From Patescibacteria group bacterium (lineage in GTDB: Bacteria; Patescibacteriota; Minisyncoccia; Phycocordibacterales; UBA1550): 43,074 nt of DNA. Under the pieces are notes generated by a model. The model was not told where the DNA came from. It saw nothing but the letters and a program-made list of their open reading frames with translations, and searched no databases. The DNA is taken from positions 1 to 43,074 of the forward strand of contig JBBUDU010000006.1 of NCBI GenBank assembly GCA_038057125.1. The letters are read 5' to 3'. Positions 1 to 9,343 of the stretch are shown one piece after another (the stretch's first letter is position 1; each line of letters starts with the position of its first letter). Both the position numbers and the translations under genes were made by a program.

Positions 1-1664
1 ATGAAGTCCTCTTCTTTTGTATCCAAATCAACGACACCCACACCACCACGGTTTTGCTGGCGATATTCGCCCGGATTTGTGCGCTTGATGTAACCTCCCT
101 TTGTGTACACGAGCATCGACTCTTGGTCGGGAATCATATCTTCGAGCGAAATAGAGCCAGCGGCTTGACGTACTACTTTTGTCCTTCGCGCATCACCGTA
201 TTTTTCTTTCATTTCACCAAGCTCTTTTTTTACCACCGCCAAAATTTTCTTCGGACTTGCGAGAAGGTCGCGACAATCTTTTATAAAATCTTGCTTCTCT
301 TTGAGTTCAAGCTCAACATTTTTTCTTTCAAGTCCCGCGAGTTTCTGGAGTTTCATGTCCAAAATTGCGGATGCCTGCAAATCTGAAAATTTGAATTCCT
401 TCATTAAGTTTGCGTGCGCCGTGGCGGTGTCTTTTGAACCGCGAATAAGCGTAATCACACGGTCGATGTGGTCGAGCGCTTTTTTGAGGCCGAGCAAAAT
501 GTGCTCACGCTCTTCCGCTTTACGAAGGTCGTATGCGGTGCGACGCTTCACCACCACCTGTCGATGCAGAATGAAATTTGAGAGAACGCCTTTGAGCGAA
601 AGCGTTTGAGGAACACCATCAACAAGCGCAACCATGTTGTAGTGAAACGTGGACTCGAGCTCGGTGTGTTTGTATAAATAGTTCAAAACCACTTGCGGAT
701 ACGCGCCATTTTTGAGGTCAATTACTACGCGAATGTCTCTTGTAGATTCATCACGAAGTCCGCGAATCCCCTCGAGTTTTTTGTCACGCACTAGGTCGGC
801 AATTTTTACAATGAGGTTTGCTTTGTTCACGCGGAAAGGAAGCGAGGTAATAATAATCTGGCTTGCATTTTTCTCTTCAATGATTTCAGCCTCTCCGCGA
901 CAAACCACACCTCCGCGACCAGACGAGTACGCATGCTTGATATCTTTTTCGCCAAACACAACACCACCTGTCGGAAAGTCCGGGCCTTTTACAAATTTTA
1001 GAAGGTCCTCGGATGTCGCATCGGCGTCGTCAATGAGATGATGTGTTGCATCCACAAGCTCGCCCAAGTTGTGTGGAGGAAAGTTGGTCGCCATACCTAC
1101 AGCGATACCGAGCGTGCCATTCAAAAGTAGGTTTGGTAGCGCGGCCGGTAGCACAACCGGTTCTTTTCGGGTTGCGTCGTAGTTGGGGCGAAAGTCCACT
1201 GTATCGCGATCGAGATCGTTTAGGAGCTCGCCGGAAATGCGTGACATCTTTGCTTCGGTATAACGCATTGCTGCAGCTGAGTCGCCGTCGACAGAGCCGA
1301 AGTTGCCCTGACCAATAACGAGAGGATATCGAAAAGAAAAATCCTGCGCCATTTTTACCATCGCCTCATACACAGAAGAATCACCGTGGGGATGATATTT
1401 ACCAAGCACATCTCCGACTACTGCAGCAGACTTGCGAAAACGACCACCGGCAGTGAGTCCCATATCGCTCATCGCAAAAAGAATACGGCGGTGCACAGGT
1501 TTCAATCCATCGCGAACATCGGGAAGCGCACGCGATGTGATAACCGACATCGCATAGTCGAGGTACGAGACGCGCATTTCTTTAGAAATGTCCTGCGCTA
1601 TAACATTTACTCGCTCCGTGGGAGCGAGTTCTTGAATCTCTTTTTCGTCATTTTTACGCGCCAT
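1..1664 (-). CDS. gyrA: DNA gyrase subunit A (5' part; runs off the window start)
   Basis: Absent from the ORF track because it has no stop in the window. Reverse-strand translation from ATG 1664 gives MARKNDEK...[30 protein letters not shown]...[14 protein letters not shown]...AAMRYTE, and near position 1 the GyrA-box variant QNRGGVG. Confidence 0.97.
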   Translation of the reverse strand, partial: MARKNDEKEIQELAPTERVNVIAQDISKEMRVSYLDYAMSVITSRALPDVRDGLKPVHRRILFAMSDMGLTAGGRFRKSAAVVGDVLGKYHPHGDSSVYEAMVKMAQDFSFRYPLVIGQGNFGSVDGDSAAAMRYTEAKMSRISGELLNDLDRDTVDFRPNYDATRKEPVVLPAALPNLLLNGTLGIAVGMATNFPPHNLGELVDATHHLIDDADATSEDLLKFVKGPDFPTGGVVFGEKDIKHAYSSGRGGVVCRGEAEIIEEKNASQIIITSLPFRVNKANLIVKIADLVRDKKLEGIRGLRDESTRDIRVVIDLKNGAYPQVVLNYLYKHTELESTFHYNMVALVDGVPQTLSLKGVLSNFILHRQVVVKRRTAYDLRKAEEREHILLGLKKALDHIDRVITLIRGSKDTATAHANLMKEFKFSDLQASAILDMKLQKLAGLERKNVELELKEKQDFIKDCRDLLASPKKILAVVKKELGEMKEKYGDARRTKVVRQAAGSISLEDMIPDQESMLVYTKGGYIKRTNPGEYRQQNRGGVGVVDLDTKEEDF

Positions 1665-1704
1665 ATTTGGTTAGTTTAGCACAAAATCTCGTCCGAGAGA
1701 AGAC

Positions 1705-2040
1705 CTATCTTGCCTTTGTTGTGGTTGCCAGAGGGTCGATTACAACCACGCCTAAAAGGTCAAAATAGTCTTTTGTGGTTGTGGCGACAGACGAGCTCGC
1801 TTTTTTCGAAGGTGATTGCGCGCCGGAAATTTTTTCATTAAACCCTGATACAAGACCGTCAAACATAGAGGTCACGCCAGTGATTGGAGAAACGGTTTTG
1901 TCACGCACCTCTTGGTCGCGAGCGCGTGCATCCCACGATGATACCCATACAAATAAAATACCGGAAAAAATCACGATTGCGGTAAAAAGAGCGATACTCT
2001 GTTTTATGTGATGAGGTTTCTCGCGTATTCTTTTGAGCAT
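1705..2040 (-). CDS. Hypothetical protein with a single N-terminal TM helix
   Basis: 111 aa with hydrophobic stretch IALFTAIVIFSGILFVWV; tightly co-oriented between the MBL gene and gyrA. Confidence 0.8.
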   Translation of the reverse strand: MLKRIREKPHHIKQSIALFTAIVIFSGILFVWVSSWDARARDQEVRDKTVSPITGVTSMFDGLVSGFNEKISGAQSPSKKASSSVATTTKDYFDLLGVVVIDPLATTTKAR

Positions 2041-2046
2041 GTGATA

Positions 2047-2676
2047 TTATGCTGCTTTCAAAACTACCACTCCCCCTTCTTTTCCATCAAGGTCTTTCTT
2101 TTTGAAAGTAAACTTGTCCATTTCCTCCGCGTTTGCGCCTGCTTCTTTTATAAATGTTTCAATACCGCCCTTTGTGTGTTCGTAGTCCATGGGTATGACA
2201 ACCTTTGCATCAAGCGCAAGGGTGAGTTTGTACGCATCGGAAGACGACAGCATATCTCCTCCGCCGATGGGCGCAAAGAGAACATCAATTTCACCAAGCC
2301 CTTCTTTGACTTCGCGAGAAAGTGCGTCAGATGAAACAAGCGAGCCCAAAAAGCAGAGGTTGATACTTTCAAACATTACAGAAAATACAGTGTTAACTTT
2401 TTTCTCCCCTCTGTAAGTTGTTTCAGTCCCAAAACCTTTGATAAATATTCCACCGACTTCATATTCGCCGGGACCAGAAATGACAAATGGCGCGCGGTCG
2501 CCGTATGCGCATTGGTCTGCGCCGTTAAAATCCGGGTGGCGAAGTGACGAGAGTACAATATCAGCGCCAAAACGCGACCCTTTTTCATTTGAGTCCTTGC
2601 CGATTGGGTTGTACGCAATCGTGCGCTCGCCGAGCTGAATCTTGAAATACTGCTTTCCGTAATATGTGACAATCAT
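2047..2676 (-). CDS. MBL-fold metallo-hydrolase-like protein (Lactamase_B_3 type, degenerate metal motif)
   Basis: MIVTYYGKQYFKI start, ADIVLSSLRHPDFN, PGEYEVGG, IDVLFAPIGG, VIPMDY. Several usual His ligands are missing. Confidence 0.8.
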   Translation of the reverse strand: MIVTYYGKQYFKIQLGERTIAYNPIGKDSNEKGSRFGADIVLSSLRHPDFNGADQCAYGDRAPFVISGPGEYEVGGIFIKGFGTETTYRGEKKVNTVFSVMFESINLCFLGSLVSSDALSREVKEGLGEIDVLFAPIGGGDMLSSSDAYKLTLALDAKVVIPMDYEHTKGGIETFIKEAGANAEEMDKFTFKKKDLDGKEGGVVVLKAA

Positions 2677-2706
2677 AGAGGCTATTGTAGCAGGTTGGCG
2701 GGGTAT

Positions 2707-2734
2707 TTGACAAATTCTTTATATCTGCTATACT
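2707..2734 (+). promoter_or_regulatory. sigma70-type promoter for the 26-aa sORF
   Basis: TTGACA (2707-2712), 16-nt spacer, TATACT (2729-2734) with extended -10 TG. Confidence 0.75.
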
Positions 2735-2783
2735 AAAAAGAGTAGTAGTTCCGCCCCAACCCCGCCAAAACAAGGAGGATACC

Positions 2784-2864
2784 ATGTACGCAAGAGCAGG
2801 CCCGACAGTGGCATTTTTGCAAGTAATCTCTGACATCGCGAGTGGCATCGGCGCCGGCGGCTAG
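2784..2864 (+). CDS. Putative 26-aa small protein MYARAGPTVAFLQVISDIASGIGAGG
   Basis: SD AAGGAGG at 2772-2778, ATG 2784, TAG 2862-2864; bracketed by a promoter and a terminator. Confidence 0.6.
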   Translation: MYARAGPTVAFLQVISDIASGIGAGG

Positions 2865-2887
2865 CACACGCTATCTGCCAAATCCAC

Positions 2888-2919
2888 AAAGGGGAGATTC
2901 TAACGAATCTCCCCTTTTT
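2888..2919 (+). terminator. Intrinsic terminator after the sORF
   Basis: AAAGGGGAGATTC-taac-GAATCTCCCCTTT followed by further T's. Confidence 0.85.
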
Positions 2920-2925
2920 CTTTCC

Positions 2926-2954
2926 TTGCCTTTTTCCACTCTTTCTTGTATATT
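2926..2954 (+). promoter_or_regulatory. Putative rpsA promoter
   Basis: TTGCCT (2926-2931), 17 nt, TATATT (2949-2954); implies a leader of about 125 nt. Confidence 0.6.
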
Positions 2955-3085
2955 GGACGAGTTAACAACAAGCCGAGCTGAAGTAACCCTCCTGGACCCC
3001 GACACGACCGATACCAAGAGACCTGAGGCTCACACATCCCGCTTGTCCTACGTTTCGTAGGTTTGATGGGATTTTTTGTTTAAAT

Positions 3086-4183
3086 ATGAAAAAAGATACA
3101 GAAGAAACAACAGTAGAGGTTCCGTTGTCATTTATGGCGACACTTATGGCGGACGTAAAAAATCTGCCTGAGACCGATTCCCTCGTAGAGGGTCCGGTAA
3201 TTAGCGTTGCAAAATCGTGCGTATATGTAGACCTTGGACCCATCGGTACAGGTATTATATACGGACGAGAATTCATCAATGCGCGCGATGTCATCAAGAA
3301 GTTGAACATCGGCGACACAATTACCGCAAAGGTTGTCGACACAAATAATGAGGACGGCTACATTGAACTTTCACTAAAAGAAGCGCGTCAGGCTATTATT
3401 TGGAGCGAAGCTGAAGAAGCTATTAAATCAAAGAAATCTCTTGAGCTTCCTATCAAGGACGCAAACAAGGGCGGACTCATTATCGAGTGGCAAGGCATTC
3501 AAGGTTTCCTTCCTGCTTCACAGCTCAGAAGTGAACACTACCCGCGTATCGATGACGGCGACAAGGATAAGATTTTGGGCGAGCTCAGAAAACTTATCGG
3601 CAAGAGGATTCTCGTCACCATCATTGGCGCATCTCCAAAGGAAGGCAAGCTTATTTTCTCGGAGAAAGAACAGGGTGTAAAAGAGAAGCGTGAAATTTCG
3701 GGCAAGTACTCAGACGGCGACGAGCTCGATGGTAGTATTTCCGGTATCGTAGACTTTGGCGTCTTTGTAAAGCTTGAGGACGGAATAGAAGGCCTGGTGC
3801 ATATTTCAGAAATAGGCTGGGGACTCGTAGATGATCCAAGAAAAATTTTTAAGCTCGGCGAGAAAGTCCGCGTGAAGGTTATTGAAATCAAAGACGGAAA
3901 GATTTCGCTTTCACTCAAGGCGCTCAAAGAGAACCCTTGGAAAGACGCGGAAAAACGCTACAAAAAGGGTGACACTGTTACCGGTATTGTTATCAAGTTC
4001 AACAACTACGGCGCGCTTGTTTCGCTCGAAGAAGGCGTTGCGGGGCTCGTACATATATCTGAATTTGGCACAGAAGAAGATCTCAGAAAGAAACTCGAGC
4101 TTGGAAAGACCTACACGTTTACTATCACTCTCTTTGATGCAAAGGATCAGAAAATGACTCTCTCGCACACAGAGAAGAAGTAA
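3086..4183 (+). CDS. rpsA: 30S ribosomal protein S1 (short, four S1 domains)
   Basis: 365 aa with repeated S1 motifs (GFLPASQL; FGVFVKL..GLVHISEI; YGALV..GLVHISEF). Confidence 0.93.
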   Translation: MKKDTEETTVEVPLSFMATLMADVKNLPETDSLVEGPVISVAKSCVYVDLGPIGTGIIYGREFINARDVIKKLNIGDTITAKVVDTNNEDGYIELSLKEARQAIIWSEAEEAIKSKKSLELPIKDANKGGLIIEWQGIQGFLPASQLRSEHYPRIDDGDKDKILGELRKLIGKRILVTIIGASPKEGKLIFSEKEQGVKEKREISGKYSDGDELDGSISGIVDFGVFVKLEDGIEGLVHISEIGWGLVDDPRKIFKLGEKVRVKVIEIKDGKISLSLKALKENPWKDAEKRYKKGDTVTGIVIKFNNYGALVSLEEGVAGLVHISEFGTEEDLRKKLELGKTYTFTITLFDAKDQKMTLSHTEKK

Positions 4184-4299
4184 AGACCGCTCGGGCGCCG
4201 TCTTGTGCGTGATACGGATATTTTCTTGCTAGAAAATTCCTCGTGCTCGCGTCGACACGCTCGCAAGTCCACGCACAAGAAGCATCCCTCGCTCTGAGG

Positions 4300-4346
4300 A
4301 AAACACAAAAGACTTAATCGCTACGCGACTAAGTCTTTTGTGTTTT
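4300..4346. terminator. Bidirectional terminator between convergent rpsA and the 4376 gene
   Basis: AAAACACAAAAGACTTAATCGC-tac-GCGACTAAGTCTTTTGTGTTTT (one mismatch). Confidence 0.8.
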
Positions 4347-4375
4347 GGGTCAATTGTTACGTGTCAACCTTTTCT

Positions 4376-5242
4376 TTATCTATTTCGTATCTTCTTTGCA
4401 ACCCACTTAATGGCTCTGTAAAGCGCATAAAGTATGACACCGTAAAAAATAATCTGCCACTGGAAAAAATACTGAAGCACGGTAAACAAAGCAAGCATCA
4501 CATATGCAAATGGTTTCTCTGTGGCGTTTGAAACACTGGCAAATACATTTCCGGATTTTTGAAGAATAGACGCACTCGTGGTAGTTGATGCTTTCAATAC
4601 GGCAATATCATTTGCCTTATTTTCTTTTGCAATTTGAAATTGGTATCCTTCGCCCACGCGAAATTTCTCAAGCACATTAGCTCCGATTGAAACATTCTCT
4701 TTTATTGGCGCGGGAATATATTCTGTTGCGGTGCTTATGGCGTCTCCAGCTTTACCAAGAGCTTTATTTTTCGCGTCAGCAATCTTTTGTTCCTGTGCCT
4801 TTGACTGTGATTCAATAACTGTGGGGTCAAGATCCACCACGCGCGTGCTCTTTCCTGTTTCTATATTACCAAGCGACACAGCCTGCTTCCCATTTGGGCC
4901 ATCACCGACCACATTGACCAATCGAGCGGTGATTGTGTGCGACCCTTGGCTTGCTTTCCAGTCTACCCATACATCTTGCACTCGACCGCCGGCAGATAGA
5001 GAAAACTTTGTTTTTCCGATTACAGCGCCATTGTCCAAAAACTCAACACCGCCGGCGAGGTCGTATGTGCTTCCATTAAAAATAATAGTATAAACGCGAA
5101 CAGTTTCACCCGCAAAAAACGGGTCCTTTGAATACCAGATATTCGCCGGGACAAAGCCCGCGTTCTTTATCGGTAACTCGCCTGCCTGTGCAAACGACAC
5201 GCCAGCGATGCTTAATAAAAAAATAATAAGTAACTTATACAT
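4376..5242 (-). CDS. Secreted/membrane-anchored protein with an Ig-like (CARDB-like) domain
   Basis: Signal peptide (..SFA-QA), PFFAGETVRVYTIIFN..WKASQGSHTITA beta-sandwich pattern, C-terminal hydrophobic helices. Confidence 0.8.
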   Translation of the reverse strand: MYKLLIIFLLSIAGVSFAQAGELPIKNAGFVPANIWYSKDPFFAGETVRVYTIIFNGSTYDLAGGVEFLDNGAVIGKTKFSLSAGGRVQDVWVDWKASQGSHTITARLVNVVGDGPNGKQAVSLGNIETGKSTRVVDLDPTVIESQSKAQEQKIADAKNKALGKAGDAISTATEYIPAPIKENVSIGANVLEKFRVGEGYQFQIAKENKANDIAVLKASTTTSASILQKSGNVFASVSNATEKPFAYVMLALFTVLQYFFQWQIIFYGVILYALYRAIKWVAKKIRNR

Positions 5243-5257
5243 GTGATTTTCAAAAGA

Positions 5258-5289
5258 AAAATGCCCGAGATTTTTTCGCGTGCATTTTT
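5258..5289 (-). terminator. Probable terminator after the DUF378 gene
   Basis: Imperfect inverted repeat AAAAATGCCCGAGA...TCGCGTGCATTTTT. Confidence 0.5.
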
Positions 5290-5307
5290 CTTAAAGGAGA
5301 AACCTGC

Positions 5308-5529
5308 CTACATTCCTGCTCCTGCAGAACAAGTCCTGCAGTCCTTTTTGTGCGTTACGGCAATATATATTGTCGAGAGCCCAACAAGGATATACACCAC
5401 CTGTTCAACTGCAGAAAATTCCCTGAGTAGCATGGATACGAGATTAAAGTTTGGATTAATCCCAATAAGACCCCAGTTCACGCCGCCAACTATAACAATC
5501 ATAAACGCAATTGCATGTAGTGCTTTCAT
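5308..5529 (-). CDS. DUF378-family small membrane protein
   Basis: IVGGVNWGLIGI..FNLV..VVYILVGLS pattern; C-terminal CxxC. Confidence 0.88.
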   Translation of the reverse strand: MKALHAIAFMIVIVGGVNWGLIGINPNFNLVSMLLREFSAVEQVVYILVGLSTIYIAVTHKKDCRTCSAGAGM

Positions 5530-5650
5530 AATTTAAAATAACAAAAAATAATTTGGATTCATCGACCTTTAACTACCGACCAGAATGTCGCCATCCTGTT
5601 ACCATATATTGTACTATTATCGAAATCGCTTGGGAAGCGGGAAACAGCCG

Positions 5651-6616
5651 TTAGTCGTTTTCGTCCGCTTTTGGGGCATCGTCTGACTGCGGAGAATTCG
5701 GTGTTCTGTCTGATTTATCCAACGTTCTATGGATTTCCTCCTTACGCTCGCGACTCCGTTTATAAAAAGATTTATTGTGATTTCCACTGGATGTTTTTTC
5801 TCGCGAAGAGTTATCCTCAATAACGACGTCTTTTTCCAAAGAATCGTGTTTTCGTTCTGAGTCTTTTCGGTATTTATTCTTAAGTTCTTTTTGTTTTTGC
5901 TCCGCTTTTCCACGCGCGCCGCGAATATTTTCGCGGACATTATCAATAGATGCGCTATTTACTTCAATGTCCGGTGATATAGATTTCTCTACTGTGGTTG
6001 TCGCAAGGTCTGCAAAAGAGGCGTCCGAAACAGATACTCTCTTTTTGGAACTTTTTTTGTCAAAAGCCGTTTCGCGTTTGCGAAGCATATCCGCAAGTTT
6101 CTCGGCTGTCCTCTCGGCATCTTCGCCATCATTCTCTTTTTCAAAATTTGCGATGCGCTCTTCCACTTTATTAGTGGACGCATTAAAATTTTCTTCTGCG
6201 GCGATTTTTACCTCCTGAGAAACATCTGGGGTAAGCGCCAGTTTCTCCACTTCTTCGAGGCGTCGTTCCGCTTTGCGCACATCCCAATCTGCTTTTGCTT
6301 TTGGTGTTACCGCTACAACACCACGCACCTGTTCGTTTATATGAATTTTAACCGGATAAAACACATCTCCCGGGACAGTCTTTTCTGCGGCAAAGGACAC
6401 AGACCCGCCCAGCAAAAGTCCGATTATTACTAAAATTGAAATGCCTTTTTTGTTTCTAAAATTATTTACTGAAAACGGCGATGGAGCAGATTGAGCAAAA
6501 ATAGATGGGTTTGATTTCACATGACGAAGAAGCGCGGTCTTTATTTCCGCTTTTTCCGCGAGAGACAAGTGTGTATGTTTTGCTCCGTTCTTTAATTGTT
6601 TAATGATGTGTTCCAT
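5651..6616 (-). CDS. Putative anti-sigma factor, TM plus DUF5667-like extracytoplasmic domain
   Basis: Start placed at MEHIIKQLK (6616), overlapping the sigma stop. One TM, then AAEKTVPGDVFYPVK..E..AERRLEE motif and a charged C-terminus. Confidence 0.82.
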   Translation of the reverse strand: MEHIIKQLKNGAKHTHLSLAEKAEIKTALLRHVKSNPSIFAQSAPSPFSVNNFRNKKGISILVIIGLLLGGSVSFAAEKTVPGDVFYPVKIHINEQVRGVVAVTPKAKADWDVRKAERRLEEVEKLALTPDVSQEVKIAAEENFNASTNKVEERIANFEKENDGEDAERTAEKLADMLRKRETAFDKKSSKKRVSVSDASFADLATTTVEKSISPDIEVNSASIDNVRENIRGARGKAEQKQKELKNKYRKDSERKHDSLEKDVVIEDNSSREKTSSGNHNKSFYKRSRERKEEIHRTLDKSDRTPNSPQSDDAPKADEND

Positions 6617-7118
6617 GGTTCTTTGAAAGTATCTGCATCCTCTCGATTGCCCGATGAATGCGCACGGAGATGACATTTTCTGATTCGTGAGTGAGGCGAG
6701 CTATATCTTTTACAGAGAGTCCGTCGATGTGTCGCATCACGAGCGCTTCCCGATATTTATCAGGGAGGCATTCAAGCAAGGATTGCGCCCTTGCGTACTC
6801 ATCCTTGTTTTCAATATCGTGTCTTGGCTCAAAACCAATATCAAAACCTTCTTCGTCACGCATGCGGTCGAGTGAATCATCTTTCTTTTTTCGATACTCG
6901 TCAATGACAAGGTTGTTCGCGATGCGGTACAAAAATGCGCGCATATTATCAATCTCTTTCCCTTGTGACATGTAGTCCCAAACGCGGACAAAAGTTCCTT
7001 GCGCTATATCTTTTGCTTTTTCGCGGTCTGATACACGAAAAACGCAGTGCCGAAAGATTGCATCGGCAAACTGGTCATACGCTTTAATGAATTCTTGTTC
7101 AGTTGCATTGGGCTTCAT
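6600..7118 (-). CDS. ECF RNA polymerase sigma factor
   Basis: 172 aa; region 2 (AKDIAQGTF..RAFLYRIANNLVID) and region 4 (LPDKYREALVMRHIDGLSVKDIA..VISVRIHRA). Confidence 0.95.
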   Translation of the reverse strand: MKPNATEQEFIKAYDQFADAIFRHCVFRVSDREKAKDIAQGTFVRVWDYMSQGKEIDNMRAFLYRIANNLVIDEYRKKKDDSLDRMRDEEGFDIGFEPRHDIENKDEYARAQSLLECLPDKYREALVMRHIDGLSVKDIARLTHESENVISVRIHRAIERMQILSKNHGTHH

Positions 7119-7132
7119 GCCTACAAATATTA

Positions 7133-7159
7133 AGACGGTTTTAGTGTGCCGTTCTTACA
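7133..7159 (-). promoter_or_regulatory. Putative autoregulatory ECF promoter TGTAAGA-N15-CGTCT
   Basis: Lies immediately upstream of the sigma ATG; same motif and spacing recur at 25575-25601. Confidence 0.7.
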
Positions 7160-7179
7160 GAGATAATAACACGAGTGAG

Positions 7180-7220
7180 AAAAATAGCCCCGCCCACTTC
7201 GAGTGGGCTGGGCTATTTTT
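7180..7220 (-). terminator. Intrinsic terminator after the DEAD-box helicase gene
   Basis: AAAAATAGCCCCGCCCACT-tcg-AGTGGGCTGGGCTATTTTT (one mismatch). Confidence 0.85.
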
Positions 7221-7226
7221 ACTCGC

Positions 7227-8501
7227 CTATCCTACGAAGGTAAGCGCCTTTCCTTTCTGCCCTGCGCGGCCAGTACGGCCGATGCGGTGCACATAGTCGT
7301 CATAGGTTTCAGGGATATCGTAGTTGATAACGTGAGATACGCCGGCAATATCGAGACCGCGGGCGGCAACGTCTGTTGCTACGAGAATCTGCGCCATCCC
7401 CTTTTTGAAAGTATCGAGTGCGCGCTGACGCTGACCTTGATTTTTATCTCCGTGAATAGACTGCGCCTTGAAACCCTTTTTTGTGAGAGCAACTGCGAGT
7501 TTTTCTACTCCGTGCTTTGTGCGACCGAAAATTAAAACTTTTTTAAATTCAGGGTTAATCAAAAGATCATGAAGAACTTCGAGCTTGTCCTCGCCTGCTT
7601 TAATGCGTACAACATCTTGCTCGACGTTTTTTGCAGTGTCTTGCGTCTTTACGGAAATCATCACAGGATCCTTGAGAAAATCTTTAATGAGTACGGCAAT
7701 TTCCGGCGAGAGTGTCGCGGAAAAGAAAAGAGTATGGCGATCCTTTGACATAAGGTTCATCATATATCGCATGTCGTGAATGAATCCCATGTCGAGCATC
7801 CGGTCAGCTTCGTCTAGGACGGCAGACTTAAACTCTGCGAGGTTGATATGTCTGCGTTCTATTAGATCCTTGATACGACCGGGAGTCCCGATAATAAAAT
7901 TGTTTTGATAACGAAGATCGGAAATCTGGCGTCCGATGGGCGCGCCTCCAACACAGCATACTGAAAAAATCCTGAGGCCTTTTGCAAAGCCCTTGAGCTC
8001 CTGTTCAATCTGTTGAGCAAGTTCACGCGTTGGCGCAAGGACAATCACTTTCTCTCTAGGATTTGCGAGAACCTTGTTGATAAGTGGGACTAGAAATGCA
8101 GCTGTTTTGCCGGTGCCAGTGTTTGCAATACCTACCACGTCCTGCCCGTGCAAAATGTGCGGGATAACACGATCCTGAATCGGTGTTGGCATATTGTAGC
8201 CTTTCGCTAAAATATTCGCCTTCAACCGTTCATCAATCATGAAATCTTTGAACAAGTGTTCAGGTGTAAAAACCACCGCCTCCTCGGTAATAACCGTCTT
8301 GTTGATAAACTTAGAAATGTCGATGTGCTGGCCTTTCCTTGCGCCACGCTTGCCTCCACGGGAAGAATGCCCACCACCAAAACCACGGCTTGGGCTGTGT
8401 GAGCCACCGCGTCTGGAGTGCTTGCTCGCAGTGCCTCCAGTATGAGAGCGCGAAAATCGACTTGAGCCTCCGCTTCTACTAAATGTTTTTTTATGTTCCA
8501 T
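7227..8501 (-). CDS. DEAD-box RNA helicase with an RGG/S-rich N-terminal extension
   Basis: Q motif PTPIQ, GTGKT, APTRELA, TPGR, DEAD, SAT, ARGLD, HRIGRTGRAG. Confidence 0.97.
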   Translation of the reverse strand: MEHKKTFSRSGGSSRFSRSHTGGTASKHSRRGGSHSPSRGFGGGHSSRGGKRGARKGQHIDISKFINKTVITEEAVVFTPEHLFKDFMIDERLKANILAKGYNMPTPIQDRVIPHILHGQDVVGIANTGTGKTAAFLVPLINKVLANPREKVIVLAPTRELAQQIEQELKGFAKGLRIFSVCCVGGAPIGRQISDLRYQNNFIIGTPGRIKDLIERRHINLAEFKSAVLDEADRMLDMGFIHDMRYMMNLMSKDRHTLFFSATLSPEIAVLIKDFLKDPVMISVKTQDTAKNVEQDVVRIKAGEDKLEVLHDLLINPEFKKVLIFGRTKHGVEKLAVALTKKGFKAQSIHGDKNQGQRQRALDTFKKGMAQILVATDVAARGLDIAGVSHVINYDIPETYDDYVHRIGRTGRAGQKGKALTFVG

Positions 8502-8513
8502 ATATTATTCTAA

Positions 8514-8790
8514 AGAGCTTGTGTAAACAAGCTCGAATTATTCTTCATTACCCCGTCTCCAAAAAATCAGTTCCGATAATAGCCAAAAACTTTGGGCTAT
8601 GACTTTGAGAAAAATTCTCGTCATATACCTATATGCTTCGTATTTTTCTCCTCGTCTCGCCACAAATTTTTTGCTTCTATCGGAAGCATTTTGTGGAAAC
8701 GGGGTCAAATTCTCGGAAAGCCCTTGAACGCGATGAAGAATGTTTTTAGAACAACCTTCCTTATGGGACAAAAACTCGTGAGATGAAGTT
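8514..8790 (-). ncRNA. Candidate structured 5' leader of the DEAD-box helicase gene
   Basis: Nested inverted repeats (see findings) between promoter TTGACG-17-TATACT (8825-8797) and the ATG. Confidence 0.6.
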
Positions 8791-8871
8791 AAGACAAGTA
8801 TATACTATTTAAGCTTTGTCGTCAAGTCCCACACTTTTTATGCACAAAAAAGCCCGATGTTGAGTCGAGCT

Positions 8872-9252
8872 TTAATCTTTCTTGATGAGTAAAATTATTG
8901 GATCTTTTATTACTAAATCTTCCTTCAATTCATCCAAGCATCTATCTATGTTGATTAGATAACTTGAGGTAGAGTTGATGCCATTCTTTGCATAAAACTG
9001 CGCCCACATCAATCTTTTAAGACGGAACATTGCGTCAATAGCCTTTTTTGCTTTTCTTCGCTGTCCGTCGACAATCCACAGGAGCTGACGCAGGCTTTGG
9101 CGACATTCCATGGGGGCCTGCAAAATAACTTTTTCAATCTCTATTCTGCGTTTTTCTTCAAATAGCGTTGGGTCAGATTCTGCAAGATTGGACCAATATT
9201 CAAAAAACTCATACGAGGTAGCACGACCGCTGTCATTGCTATCAGTATCCAT
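8872..9252 (-). CDS. DUF3135-like protein (copy 2, more diverged)
   Basis: FEYWSNLAESDPTLFEEKR..I..AP..LRQLLW.VDG.RRKAK; SD AAGGAGAG; own TTGACA-17-TACTCT promoter. Confidence 0.8.
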   Translation of the reverse strand: MDTDSNDSGRATSYEFFEYWSNLAESDPTLFEEKRRIEIEKVILQAPMECRQSLRQLLWIVDGQRRKAKKAIDAMFRLKRLMWAQFYAKNGINSTSSYLINIDRCLDELKEDLVIKDPIILLIKKD

Positions 9253-9318
9253 GATTCTCTCCTTAAATGTTCAACCTATTGAAAGAGTACAAAATACCGC
9301 CGAATTTGTCAAAAACAA

Positions 9319-9343
9319 AAAACCCGACACTTTGTCGGGTTTT
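9319..9343 (-). terminator. Terminator after DUF3135 copy 1
   Basis: AAAACCCGACA-ctt-TGTCGGGTTTT. Confidence 0.8.

Noticed and set aside
1360-1400. Possible quinolone-resistance substitution in GyrA
   Set aside because: The QRDR reads HGDSSVYE, keeping Ser83 and the acidic residue at 87.
54-1679. Five plus-strand ORFs in the track
   Set aside because: They are antisense shadows of gyrA.
5617-5946. 109-aa minus-strand ORF
   Set aside because: It is an alternative frame inside the anti-sigma gene.
8538-8786. ORFs of 77 aa (-) and 64 aa (+)
   Set aside because: They have no recognisable features or good starts; nested RNA structure explains the region better.
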